This document shows positions 12,201-18,973 of a DNA stretch of 52,852 nucleotides, piece after piece. How positions within the stretch are numbered: position 1 is the first letter of the stretch; every line of letters starts with the position of its first letter. Where the stretch lies: positions 1-52,852 of IMG/VR virus record IMGVR_UViG_3300031800_000786; one strand, written 5' to 3'. The notes under the pieces are model-generated. The model worked only from the letters and a program-made list of their open reading frames with translations, did not search any database and was not told the origin of the DNA. The stretch is from a virus. Taxonomy: Duplodnaviria > Caudoviricetes. The position numbers and the translations under genes are program-made.

Positions 12201-13071
12201 GCTGATAACCCATAGCCTTTTGTGCCGTTTCTGAGCCGGTACGCATAACGCCACCAACCAAGAGGCCACCAACAAAGGCTTCGTCTAGCCCTTCAAATTC
12301 ATCAACGCTTTTGCCAGCACCCCATTGCGCTAGTGCTTCTTGCCCTGTTTCAGTTAAACCCTCTGCGCCTGCGCCTTTCAGTATGCGCTTAGCAAAGCTT
12401 GGATCGCGTACCGCCTCGACCAACTCACCACGGCCCATGCGTTTAGCCGTTTCGACTACGCCATCTTTTAAAATGTCTTTACCAAGCTGGCCCATGCTCA
12501 CCTTGATGCCTAAGCGCTCAAGTAGCATTTGCCCGGCACCGGACGCAACCGCTTTAACTTCGTCTTTTTCGCCTTCTGGCTGTTTCTCGTAAGCCTCGTT
12601 AGCTAAGCCGCCCGCCATGCCAAGCGCACCAACACCGGTAGCCGCACCAGCCATATACGGTAGTGAACCGGCTACTAGCTCGCCGGTATAGCTACCCAAA
12701 CTACTAAGACCATCAATGTCTTTATATGACTTAACGGTAGGTTCGTATGATTGCTGCTCTTTAACGTTGCGATCAATACCTTCTTGAGCCCATTTTGATA
12801 ATGTACCGCCCTGGCCTATTGTTCGGCCTATTGCGTCTGTTTGTTCTTCTTCTGGTACACCAACGTCAGTAAAGCCCTTAACCGCGCGATAACCTAGCTC
12901 TTGTACTTTATCAACACCCGCGCCAAATGCTGCGGACAAACCGCCTTCGGCTTCTGGCTGGCTTGGCTTTATAAGTCCACGGTTTACCGCTTCGTCATAC
13001 ATGGCTTTGTGCTTGCCTTTTAATAGGCCGCGTTCATTAGCTTCAATTAATAGTTGTAATTTATCTGCCAT
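265..13071 (-). CDS. Giant polyvalent (DarB-like) internal virion/ejection protein: ParB-like + N6-adenine MTase + Strawberry-notch SF2 helicase + zincin metallopeptidase + ADP-ribosyltransferase + LPD38
   Basis: IITGRHR (ParB); EPTAGNG and NPPF (MTase); DQTGVGKGR, DEAH, SAT, GRINRTGQ (helicase); HETIAH..EE (peptidase); FKEWF..YHGT..GFFFT..DGVIF (ART-PolyVal); PKPFELG (LPD38); last gene of the virion operon. Confidence 0.9.
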   Translation of the reverse strand: MADKLQLLIEANERGLLKGKHKAMYDEAVNRGLIKPSQPEAEGGLSAAFGAGVDKVQELGYRAVKGFTDVGVPEEEQTDAIGRTIGQGGTLSKWAQEGIDRNVKEQQSYEPTVKSYKDIDGLSSLGSYTGELVAGSLPYMAGAATGVGALGMAGGLANEAYEKQPEGEKDEVKAVASGAGQMLLERLGIKVSMGQLGKDILKDGVVETAKRMGRGELVEAVRDPSFAKRILKGAGAEGLTETGQEALAQWGAGKSVDEFEGLDEAFVGGLLVGGVMRTGSETAQKAMGYQQKSAETVKDGADQLVEAGATPEEAIETVKKQQYDSAIKQGFTEVEASAIVARTMKEKFGIDDPLFTAAAEPAQPETQAQTIPEDTETPVFENDDINYDAPTAARQAGFDQTAKAAGQYGDMLTSPAQQSLRDLEAGNNAPTVDERVKAAAFDKSPTPEDRFSPIKYQHEGELLGPDAQNAQGIDNAPIDGQVVPEQGKLPTTEQTKNREMREQAQADLESQPKGIDQKDIIFGEDGRPQQRAAERVKQAGKDSQNLLPQKDIIFADDNSGVNVAKNGEAFKTKRDALLSKEARAARRAGHKTKAVSFDNGFGWTIKGDDGTKQYSEQAAAEQSPETDTVAQNEQGDQAQPAQQEGEALALNVDAAPGKDEDDKNIAVNDKVNGVQVIDTPISELSLSKDIPQFKSGSNSDGVVEPLTGKFDPVGMSPVQVWVRENGNKEIITGRHRFDLAKRDGVESIPAQYHYESDGFTAGDGKRLDAILNIREDKGQVEDYVELFKQDGITEAEAKQYGLLDRATGRTAFKIANSATNETIEAQRTGRISAQAAEAIAEAAPGNERLQILGVKSIADDQRSITFAKNLIHAVSALNTNQDQGGQSGDLFGFDDSAMQEAEQMAKVAAAKQREIRSRLSAIRGAASKPEIAAAEGVNVKDPKALKERTNELANEVKVWDSWHTNPSMVQQIRDSISAPKDGKSAPSTAPITETAIEPESTEQDNGPDMFGDSEPTLFDQEPTTQSNNPEIPDGSTSENVVNFKNLSTVRERVEAFANLQEGDTVIDHRGNKIGVAFAKVRKNARAIRILKAPGDTDTFNIAALAGGGADTVSALDNYYSNQTTVKQPSSKPKPEAKPKPESKLDAAEEKLNNELQGLFGELKDAFSEQKGRLNSGIDPKIAFIVSKIGAVLAAKGVVKFAKWAKQLTKLAKANGIEQDQLKPYLKSAYASISADPVRYNVTDEVADTMDAPREIRALDIDAILSEEVSANESKAEESAEASAENKPSLYIDTYKSSFIVKGDTKPHKDELGKKGLGGIWHRQQQGWMFPPSRRSEVEAWIKSTTGESVTNESVNKDGLEGLIQDNLASINDNRALKKLVSQYHDISTGEVTDAQMKEAQEIVELALVKEAQAIVREGANPKDTYEKLVSLYKNQPNLTTRSSTSMKNQAYSTPAPLAYLSSNLAGIKEDTTVYEPTAGNGMLLIGASQGNAVVNELNDLRVKQLRAQGYKVTQKDATKFVPSEKVNSAIMNPPFGKLDQVVEYDGYKIKSIDHLIAAKALEAIDDNGKASIIIGASKEPGAIGAADRVFFNWLYSNYNVADHFEVSGDLYSRQGAGWPVRVITVNGRQESNKFSPKSGSIERVNSWDELYERYNEAMAAARRPIDRDSDTSANSGSIDTIFTPSVRGENTGATTGVDSGGRTGSGTRDTVVNDGSRGGRGNGDTKLDSNANNANGANGNNTKPSGVDQAVTNGGERVPGNNSAGTDRNDGRESVATGSNYQAPYTTQSGGSNEAVLTPVNMAEASKNSLRAIEGAVGAIDNYVMDKLGYKTKDELYNSFMGLQIDTVAAAIYNAEKKNKGIIIADQTGVGKGRQAAGIIRYAMRSGKTPIFITVKDNLFTDMYDDLQDIGTDNAAPLIVNQDAFIKSGDQKIFKTQSRAKHVSLIDEIINTGKLPDDNNMLFITYSQLDGKRQRALIEALKDNAYFVMDEAHNAAGERVKKTKGQTRITRAGFLYGAIENSPVAYLSATYAKRPDNLPVFYRTDLMDSVDKPEDLIEAAATGGEALQTIIAGMLAETGQLYRRERSFEGIEIKTTLDETNKAKHTDISDKVTTGLRAIVSADKAFHDLSVDAINQKLQEEGMSASGAGNKADASFNHTNFTSIGHNFISQLLMGLKVDTVADRAIEMHKANQKPVIALQNTMGSFLSEFVADNGLEPGDVIDADYRDVMLRALERTRRVSVKDKAGDSKSVDVPLSYLDPYVQSLYHEAENVINNLDISDMPISPIDYVRNKLESAGIKTSEITGRKYRIDYSSGEPVLDVITTAEQKDKRGTVDKFNNGELDSLVLNVAGSTGLSIHAAEKFSDTRKRAMIVMQPMADINILMQMLGRINRTGQVEKPFYEFPTLSIPAEKRPAAKTSQKLKSLNANTSANTDSDVSLNSVDMMNKYGDKVMTEYLKDNGSVASSLGIPQPAAEGPVAGLYEKATGRMALLPVSKQEAIYADIEAEYKDLIDYLDSTGQNDLSPQMLNLDARIIDSKVIYEGKNPETTFGGNTFLHQVDAKYQGKPPTADEVIKAIAKAGDPTKLKDKIISSKSGDTKYITDLESRLSTARADLENAQVNDKDAVPDLDVKVMGLENQVQTFNDQKRAMESALNEYQVGSHFAIQLPEEKVNAVVVGIKDSHKIGKGNPYTPGKLKISLMLNSGSRQISLPLSQLKGDEIYAHKISKGSEQEIRNEFKFDPLRDTDRREIRYIATGNLIMGSKEVKGRIATFTDKEGKTHQGILLPKNYEGKEFSSAGSSKTFSMRDGDTLAKFLNAARTKLEGAGLLDTTKAVSIKPVGENDWSITIPKANKLSIVKSVKFDQDLIDAMGTDFYGSNASMTARFNKRRLKAVMNQLTKLVTIQGQGSYRDDWVKAGGNAEPKAPKSFSQDIKFSKSKVKKNAQGVAKDKAEKIADDFIKSLEGANGIKVRILETTAEAEQMWRMSLEGATVKGAYSEMSNTVYIIAENMDSIEDLKQTLAHETIAHGGLDTVIGKEAKQEFIDRIKKTKGRKAFEKYWKDANNDYWDASEDVKAEEIFARFVENEPSKGEVKYWWNALKRFIRKQLDKLGIVYREDDEITSMRDMLESIVRGFKAQRDPVGQKESSLTYSQSGKKLSKSDNFKEWFADSKVVDNKGEPLIVYHGTGAKFKSFDKSKLGSLTGASSAGLGFFFTSNKSMAYSFQEEAEHAAMKSEAILAELDKLPAQKRIDLFDDLDMGQHHGYLEYASKDDQAEIISDAMSDIAETLEQDASEHPADRSNYLPTVKKYLSNDFFNSGEIKETYLKIENPLVIQFDEGSFEDSAVTAAIKKAANNGNDGVIFKNMIDGISKDDKGNGFDHVSDVYVALEPQQIKTASNLMFSRTADEDTRTPKQKLGLEEQAAKTFSDMAKDKVNETVDTLKSSPFWNRLNEGIFDGLSGIKNAEIAAGVTDPNRQGYVSARLASGLADVLHGVFNYGAPQWRDGIVQRKEGTKGLLEVFGMVGDDLNNWLAWMGAHRAEQLKAQGRENNLTDNDIAELKALANGKERLFEQTRLEYNKINSAILDMAQQAGLLSEAQRSGFDEEYYVPFFRDMGETDPEMDEIKRMIVEPHTRKGISGQSAQLKTLKGGEQSTKDLLENIISRQSTFIDASLKNKAMQEVVNNLDGTDYMKAESSEDIASLSQQDLNKLGKVKVMVDGKPQAYVVSDPALLRALIQVNDVGSQSLFNRLGRSAKRFLTAGITLSPDFIFKNFVRDAAHAWMINKDDFKFGTDSIKGLKKAFKEDEAYRDLIFSGAAFQGGYIHGADPEAGAQQIRRALRSKGLTSKEIEGYMATVVTSGATLLEKYRGISDKVENANRLSTYEAAIANGKSKRQAAYEAKDLMDYSLKGNFKLIGTMIDTLPFFNARLQGMSKLVRAAKASNDDRVLRVLSANLAMKGIKVAAFSLALAAMNDDDEEYQKLEDWDKDMNWHFFVDGEHMRIPKPFELGIIFGTMPERLFHYGTGTQTDKDLGKAVANAVWNTMSMNPIPQMFLPATEVLINKSFFKGSPIEGMADQNKQAEDRYSAYTSDTVKAIAQQFGVSPKKVEHLIKGYTGTIGGYVLGASDIVARMMTGKVPPETPVSRYPVVKAFYQGSGPKTNTKFATDFYEALDAANQAYGSYKRAMELGDTARQQELIEKDGQKLRSKATLAKVQRMISKLRKMQKAINDNDKLDGKQKREKLDDVQRKINAIYHKAYVTLNLGEW

Positions 13072-13072
13072 G

Positions 13073-14266
13073 TTATTGCGCTCCTAACGCACCAGTAAGT
13101 TGTTGTAGTAATTCATCATCGCTAAGCCCATCAAGGTTGATTCCCTTGCCTGTTCCTTCGCCACCTTCGCCACCTTCGCCACCAGGCGATTTAACGCCAT
13201 AAGCTTCTTTCAATTGGTTAACTCTGGTTTCATATAGCTCTGAAACCCGCTTTTTAGCCGCTACGCGCTCTGCTTCGCTTGGGTAGTCCATCATTCCCGC
13301 ACTCTCAATTTTGGCAATCGCTTTGGTCATTTCATCTTGAATAGAGTTAAGTTGTTTTTGGTATTCGTTACCGCTGCCACGGCTAGAGTTCGCTTTTGTG
13401 CCACGGCCAAAGTTTGCAGCAACTTCGGTCCCCATTTTGTCCCAATATTCAGGGCGCTCTATCATATCTGCCATCATTGCGCGTGTTTTGATGGTGCCAA
13501 CCAACTCTTTTGGCGTATATGTCATTACAGGATCATCGCCCTCAGACGTTCGCCCCTTAGTCATTGGCTTGATTTCTTTTGCGCCATTTTCATAGGTAAC
13601 TTGTAACGCCAGGGCCACGCTTCCATCTTCACGTTCTGCCGGTACAAAACCAGCAAAATCCACACTCGCAATTTTTGATTTTACGGTTTCGTCATACTGT
13701 CCAACAGATGAATTTATCTTGTCTTTAAATACACCGTTAAATAATTTAATTGTTTCTGGCGAATTGGCCTCGGCCATATTTCCGCTTTTAATAACGGTAT
13801 CAAGCTTTGCGCTTAATCCTTTTACCGCTTCACGATATTCAGGTTTCATGTAAGTACGCGGGTCCATGCCTTTATTGCGTGAAAGTACATCGTTTAAATC
13901 TTCTGGTACTTGGCCTGTTTCTCTGAATGACTGCCACGCTACAGGTATTGCCTGCTGATCTTTTTGCCACTGCGCCTGTTGTGATTGAAAATTTTGTTGC
14001 CACTGCCTCTGTTTTTTGTTGGCCTCAAGCGTGTCGCTGCGATAGTCGCTAGCAGCTTCGGCTTGTGTTTTACGCCATTCCACATCGCTTTCACGGTTAC
14101 TTCTGCGCTCATCATCTAGTTGAGACTGTCTTTCAATGCCCTGCTGGTATCGCTGCTCGTTGCGCGTATCCATATCTGCTAGCCGGGCTTTATTATCTTT
14201 GCGCGCCTGGTGTCGCTCCATCATTTCAAAGCCTTTTAATGCGCCGTCTACAAATGCACCTGCCAT
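13073..14266 (-). CDS. Putative internal virion/DNA ejection protein
   Basis: 397 aa, Q/R/E-rich coiled-coil N-terminus, C-terminal LSDDEL motif, position just upstream of the giant gene. Confidence 0.65.
   Translation of the reverse strand: MAGAFVDGALKGFEMMERHQARKDNKARLADMDTRNEQRYQQGIERQSQLDDERRSNRESDVEWRKTQAEAASDYRSDTLEANKKQRQWQQNFQSQQAQWQKDQQAIPVAWQSFRETGQVPEDLNDVLSRNKGMDPRTYMKPEYREAVKGLSAKLDTVIKSGNMAEANSPETIKLFNGVFKDKINSSVGQYDETVKSKIASVDFAGFVPAEREDGSVALALQVTYENGAKEIKPMTKGRTSEGDDPVMTYTPKELVGTIKTRAMMADMIERPEYWDKMGTEVAANFGRGTKANSSRGSGNEYQKQLNSIQDEMTKAIAKIESAGMMDYPSEAERVAAKKRVSELYETRVNQLKEAYGVKSPGGEGGEGGEGTGKGINLDGLSDDELLQQLTGALGAQ
13155..13183. repeat. 9-bp tandem repeat (CCTTCGCCA)x3 encoding a (GGE)3 linker
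   Basis: Read directly from sequence. Confidence 0.9.
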
Positions 14267-14275
14267 AAATCCCCC

Positions 14276-14512
14276 TTAAAGTCCGCCAGCCACTAAGCCA
14301 ATTGCACCGCCTATAGCTGCGCCCCAAGGCCCACCAACAGTAAACCCGACCATTGCGCCCGATGCTGCACCGCCCATTTGCGATGTTTTTTTCTGCGTCT
14401 TTATGCTTTCATTAGTCATATCGCGCTTTTGCTCCATATCCGACAGCGTTTTTAATGAGTCGGTCGCTTTGCCTTTTGTGCTTTGGCCTGATTGCATAAT
14501 TGAGTAAGACAT
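14276..14512 (-). CDS. Small glycine-zipper ejection/pilot-type protein
   Basis: C-terminal GGAASGAMVGFTVGGPWGAAIGGAIGLVAG glycine zipper; ejection-gene position. Confidence 0.7.
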   Translation of the reverse strand: MSYSIMQSGQSTKGKATDSLKTLSDMEQKRDMTNESIKTQKKTSQMGGAASGAMVGFTVGGPWGAAIGGAIGLVAGGL

Positions 14513-14982
14513 TATTTGCCACCTATATCAGCTAGGGATTTTGGCGCGCCGCCTTGCCCTGTTAAAATTTTATTTTGCAAATCATCTACCGACTCGCGGG
14601 TTTCGTTGTTGATTGAAGCCGTAGTAAGCCCTTTTAGTAATCCTTTGTTGGCGCTGCCTTGCGCCGTTTCTTCGGGCGATAAACCATAGCGGCCCAGGCG
14701 CTGAGATTCAGCAATTTGAGACTGAGCAAAGGCATTGTCTATATTCTTTTCATTACGCTGCATTTGCTCGTTCAGTAGCTTGTCGCTAGTAGCCAGGCCA
14801 AATAATTCTTCTTGCACCGGTAAAAAACGGTTTTTGTAATCTTCAAATTGCTGGCGTGTTAAGTCGGCTAGCGCATTTTGGTACTTGTCTGTGCGTACAT
14901 TTCCCGGCTCCACATATGCAAGTTCTGTGTCTTTTACCTGGTTAGTTGCTGAGTCAACTGTGCCGCTGTATATGCTAGCCAT
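14512..14982 (-). CDS. Putative internal virion/ejection protein
   Basis: 156 aa helical protein, coupled to neighbours in the podovirus ejection block. Confidence 0.6.
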   Translation of the reverse strand: MASIYSGTVDSATNQVKDTELAYVEPGNVRTDKYQNALADLTRQQFEDYKNRFLPVQEELFGLATSDKLLNEQMQRNEKNIDNAFAQSQIAESQRLGRYGLSPEETAQGSANKGLLKGLTTASINNETRESVDDLQNKILTGQGGAPKSLADIGGK

Positions 14983-14983
14983 A

Positions 14984-15625
14984 TTAACCTCCCCCTGTTA
15001 GTGCGTTGTTTATATCGCTGGTAGTTGCGGCGTTAGGGTTGGCCTTTGGCGCTACTGTTCCGGCTGGTAGGTTTGAGTAATAACTACCTGCGGCACCTGC
15101 AGCGGCCCCCGCTGCGCCTATGTAGCTATCGTTTATAGCCTGCTTATTTCTTGCATCGTTAAATGCTTTTTGCTGCGAGCTGTAAGCTATATCACTAAGC
15201 GTTGCCGTTGCCTGCTGAGATTGCCCTTGTCCCATTGCCATGATGTTGCTCATTTTGCCTATGTAACGCTCCTGCCCAGCAACTTGCGATCGAGCAATAG
15301 CGTCACTCGTTACAGATGCCTCACCGTCGGCCATATCGCTAACAGCGCTTTTAAACTTGCCGCTATTGGGGTTTATTCCGCCAGCCTCCATATTTGCCAG
15401 CGTGTTATTGCTCGCTTCTGAAAATGACTTTTTATAGCCAAGGTTGGTATTTTCGGCTATATCACCGTAAACACTTTCATCATTCGATTGCTTGGCATCG
15501 TCAATAACCATGTTTTCAAACGGTACAATCTTCTCTTGATAAAGCCCCCACTCCTCGGCGTACACTTTCGCAAGCTCTTTTTCATATTCAGTTTCTTTTA
15601 CTTCGTTACTTTTACCCATGATCAA
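14984..15625 (-). CDS. Putative internal virion/ejection protein
   Basis: GINPNSGKF motif, Ala/Gly-rich C-terminal segment; start may be the ATG at 15619. Confidence 0.6.
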   Translation of the reverse strand: MIMGKSNEVKETEYEKELAKVYAEEWGLYQEKIVPFENMVIDDAKQSNDESVYGDIAENTNLGYKKSFSEASNNTLANMEAGGINPNSGKFKSAVSDMADGEASVTSDAIARSQVAGQERYIGKMSNIMAMGQGQSQQATATLSDIAYSSQQKAFNDARNKQAINDSYIGAAGAAAGAAGSYYSNLPAGTVAPKANPNAATTSDINNALTGGG

Positions 15626-16037
15626 CCTCTAAAAAGTGCCGCCATATTGTTAAATTGTCGCGCTCACCACTGCGAACCCAACCATGTAGAGGGGCTATTT
15701 TGTTAAAACCGCGCCTGGCGGTTGCAAATTCTATAAACGAGGCGTTGCCACAACGGGCAAGCCTAATGATATGGCGAAGATAGCGTTGTACTGCGTTTCC
15801 GCCATGGCAGGACGCAATGGTCACTTCAATAAATGTACTCTTATCAATATGGCGCGGCCATAAAACAACAAAACCATCGGGTGCTAAAAACAAAAAAGCC
15901 CGCTCATTTGAGCAGGCTTTATTTATTTCAGAGTATAGGTGTGGGTCGTTTGCAATATTGCCTATTCGAGTTATTGGCTCTTTAAGCCGGTCGCGGTGGT
16001 TTGCCCACGCAACACATTGCAGATACGATTTTTCCAT
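15612..16037 (-). CDS. Hypothetical protein, degenerate GNAT-like fold typical of podovirus morphogenesis blocks
   Basis: DGFVVL...IEFATARRGF..GW pattern; lies between spike and ejection genes. Confidence 0.5.
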   Translation of the reverse strand: MEKSYLQCVAWANHRDRLKEPITRIGNIANDPHLYSEINKACSNERAFLFLAPDGFVVLWPRHIDKSTFIEVTIASCHGGNAVQRYLRHIIRLARCGNASFIEFATARRGFNKIAPLHGWVRSGERDNLTIWRHFLEVDHG

Positions 16038-16075
16038 TGTGGTAAAATATTAACCTATATTGGGGGGTTAATCCA

Positions 16076-18973
16076 TTATGAAATTGTAGAGCCGGCTTTA
16101 AATGCCTGGCATAAAACGCTGCCTCCCAGTTTCATGCTCCCAGCACCTTCGACCTTACCTTTTACGTAGTAAGTTCTTGAGGTGTTAGCCGGCAAGGTAA
16201 CGACTATCGGCTCAACTAAAGTTGACGAGGTAACGCCTGCATCAAGATTTGTGCGTACCTCGGTAGTGGCACCGCCCGACCATGTAACCCTGGATTTAGA
16301 TGTTCCAAATGCCGACCCCGGAAACTGCCCTGATGTGGCAGGCATTTCAGCTAAAAGCCCGCTAAATACAACCGTCCTCGCGAATGGAAGTGCGGATATG
16401 GTAAACGTTGCGATTGTTACTTCGTTAAAATTAGAAACCTGATTCCCAGTCTTAACCCTAGAGTCCGTTACATCGCCCTCAAGGTTTTGAGCATACACGG
16501 TACCGTAAAAGCTCGCATTTTGACCAAACAACGAGTTGATATACGCCTGATCTATTTGCGCGCTACCAATCGCACCACTGGCTATGTAAGTAGTTACGTT
16601 GGTGCTTAGTATTTTACTTAAGCCAGCAAAAGGGCCTAGTGACGGCTTGCCGGTTATGCTGTTGTAAGCGAGCGAGTTTAAGTAAGCTAATGAGCCAAGC
16701 GCGGGCCTGCCTGTCACTTCATTATAAGACAGTGTATTTTTAGCGGCTAAAGCGCCCAGGCCAGTTACTTTTGACGAAGGTATTGCGCCGGTAGACGACA
16801 TAACAATGTTGCCGTTACTGTCTTTAATGGTTACCGACTCAAGCGTCGCGCTCTTAGCAAGCATGTTGCCGCCTGGATCAATGGAAAAGTTATTGCTCCT
16901 TGCGCCATTGGCGGGATTGTAGTTGATAGACGGCGACGTAAAGCGGGAGCCAACCAGTATACGATTAGATAATAAATCGTCTGTAACCAAGCTCTTTATA
17001 AATGCCTGGTCAATTATTGCCGTGTTTATAACCGTTTTACCGCCTGAAACTGCAAATACCGGAGTTAAGTTAGTAGGATTCTGATCCGTTATAATGGCAA
17101 ACTTAGCGCCCTTCACTGCAAAGATAGGATCAACGCCATCATTTACCAGGCCAAGGCTCGATTGCAAACCGTTAACGCTGGTCTTTACACCCCACAACGC
17201 TGAAAAATCACCTTTGTTAGATGCAACTGTTTGGCTTAGTGTTTGCAGGCTGGCACCAATACTATTACCGTTAGCATCTTCAATTTTCGACTTTAGTATT
17301 TGGCTGGCGGTACTAATAGCGCTGTCAGCACTTGATTTGGTGTAGTAGTTTTTGTAAAGGTTAGCGCCTACACTTGTACCGTTAGGGTTTTCAATAGTGG
17401 CTTTTAGTTGCGTAGTAGCCGAGCTTATAGCCTGATCAGTGCTGGCCTTTGTGTAATAGTTATTAGCAAGGCTGGCGGTTGTGCTATCTAGGTTGCTCGT
17501 TAGGATTAGAATATCCTCAGCTATGGCCTCTTGTTTGTTTGAAAAAGTTTTTTGCTGTGAAATTATCTCAGCCTCAGCTTTGTTTCTGCGCCCATGCTCA
17601 ATATCGTTAGCCAAGGCGTTTTCTATAATGCCTTGCGATGTATCTGAGGTGGATGACTTTAGCTGTTGAGTTATATTTGCGGTTGTTTCTTCTGCATCCG
17701 TTTTTGTTTGATAGTTATTAAACAAAATAGAGCCAAGGCCTTCGCCGTCAGGGTTTTGAATTTCAGATATGATAAGCGTTGCTGATTCTGATATAGCCCC
17801 ATCAACACCCGTCTTAGTGTAGTAACTTTGCGTCAGCTTTGCATCAACTGCAGCATTAACGTCGGTTGTTACCGTTGAGGCCATGGCGGTAGTTGCTTCG
17901 CTGATAGCCTCGTCCGTACTAGTCTTTGTGTAATAATCGGTCTTTAGCGCTGCGCCTATACTTGTGCCGTTCGGATCCTCTATTTGCGACTTTAGAGTTT
18001 GCCCGTAAGCCGCTATAGCCTCGTTAGTGCCAGTCTTAGTAAAGTAGGTTTCTGAAATATTGCCGCTAAGCGATATGCCTGAATCCTCAATTTCCGTTCT
18101 AATTGTTTGGGTAGCCGCTGCTATTGCCTCGGTCGCCTCGGCCATAGTAAAAAACTCAGAATCTATTTTCGCTTTTACATTGCCAACTTCTGATTCGATT
18201 GATACCAGCTTTTGCGTATTTGACTGCCAGTTTTTATCACCTATCAATGCCGCGTCAATAAGCTGCCTGGCAAGCGAGTCGGTTTGCGCATCTATGGCCT
18301 CTACTCTGTTTTTGTAACCCGATATGTCAGTTTTAGCATTGTTAATCTCAAGCGTTAAATCGGGGATCGCATCAATCTCAGACGTTAAAAACTCGCCTAA
18401 GTGCGACTTCTCAATTAGCCCGCCTATTTCGCCTAGTATCTGCTCTGCGGATTTTTGCGTTTTAACGTAGAGCCCTTTAGCGCCTTGGGTCGGCCCTTTC
18501 ATATCGGCCACATTGACAAACCGCACCCAATAGTAATAGCCGGTTCCCATGTTCACGCTATCACTAAAAATATCGGTTACTTCTGTTGCGATTAGCGTTG
18601 CACTACTAAAAGAGTCCGTTTCACTGCGCCATATCTCCGCATAAGCATGGCCTCTGTAGGTCGGGTGATCCCATGTTAATGCAATAAAAGTAAAACCGCC
18701 TGTACCCGTTAGATTTACCGGGGCGTGCGGACGCTCAATACCGCCACCGCCAATTGGTAAATTGCCAGCACCGCCACCGCTAGCATTATTAATTAGCGCG
18801 CGGCGCTTCATATCATCTAAGTTTACTAGGTCCTTAACTAACAGCGCTCTGTTTTCACCGTTGCCACGCTGCCCGGTTAATATCTCTATATTTTCGGTGA
18901 TCGCACCTTCCGATTGACTTTGCTTTGCTTGGCGGGCAATGCCTGGAAAGCTGCCCTTTTTAAGTTTAGCCAT
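16076..18973 (-). CDS. Tail spike / host-specificity fibre (FN3-like N-terminus, repeat shaft, DUF1983-like region)
   Basis: LTW..AEIWRS..YYYWVRFVN FN3-like motif; YYTK repeats; FAVKGAKFAI..PVFAV..VINTAII DUF1983-like segment. Confidence 0.8.
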   Translation of the reverse strand: MAKLKKGSFPGIARQAKQSQSEGAITENIEILTGQRGNGENRALLVKDLVNLDDMKRRALINNASGGGAGNLPIGGGGIERPHAPVNLTGTGGFTFIALTWDHPTYRGHAYAEIWRSETDSFSSATLIATEVTDIFSDSVNMGTGYYYWVRFVNVADMKGPTQGAKGLYVKTQKSAEQILGEIGGLIEKSHLGEFLTSEIDAIPDLTLEINNAKTDISGYKNRVEAIDAQTDSLARQLIDAALIGDKNWQSNTQKLVSIESEVGNVKAKIDSEFFTMAEATEAIAAATQTIRTEIEDSGISLSGNISETYFTKTGTNEAIAAYGQTLKSQIEDPNGTSIGAALKTDYYTKTSTDEAISEATTAMASTVTTDVNAAVDAKLTQSYYTKTGVDGAISESATLIISEIQNPDGEGLGSILFNNYQTKTDAEETTANITQQLKSSTSDTSQGIIENALANDIEHGRRNKAEAEIISQQKTFSNKQEAIAEDILILTSNLDSTTASLANNYYTKASTDQAISSATTQLKATIENPNGTSVGANLYKNYYTKSSADSAISTASQILKSKIEDANGNSIGASLQTLSQTVASNKGDFSALWGVKTSVNGLQSSLGLVNDGVDPIFAVKGAKFAIITDQNPTNLTPVFAVSGGKTVINTAIIDQAFIKSLVTDDLLSNRILVGSRFTSPSINYNPANGARSNNFSIDPGGNMLAKSATLESVTIKDSNGNIVMSSTGAIPSSKVTGLGALAAKNTLSYNEVTGRPALGSLAYLNSLAYNSITGKPSLGPFAGLSKILSTNVTTYIASGAIGSAQIDQAYINSLFGQNASFYGTVYAQNLEGDVTDSRVKTGNQVSNFNEVTIATFTISALPFARTVVFSGLLAEMPATSGQFPGSAFGTSKSRVTWSGGATTEVRTNLDAGVTSSTLVEPIVVTLPANTSRTYYVKGKVEGAGSMKLGGSVLCQAFKAGSTIS

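Noticed and set aside
457-12592. Numerous 60-180 aa plus-strand ORFs and short out-of-frame minus ORFs inside the giant gene
   Set aside because: Antisense or shadow frames of a long coding gene; no RBS or recognisable motifs
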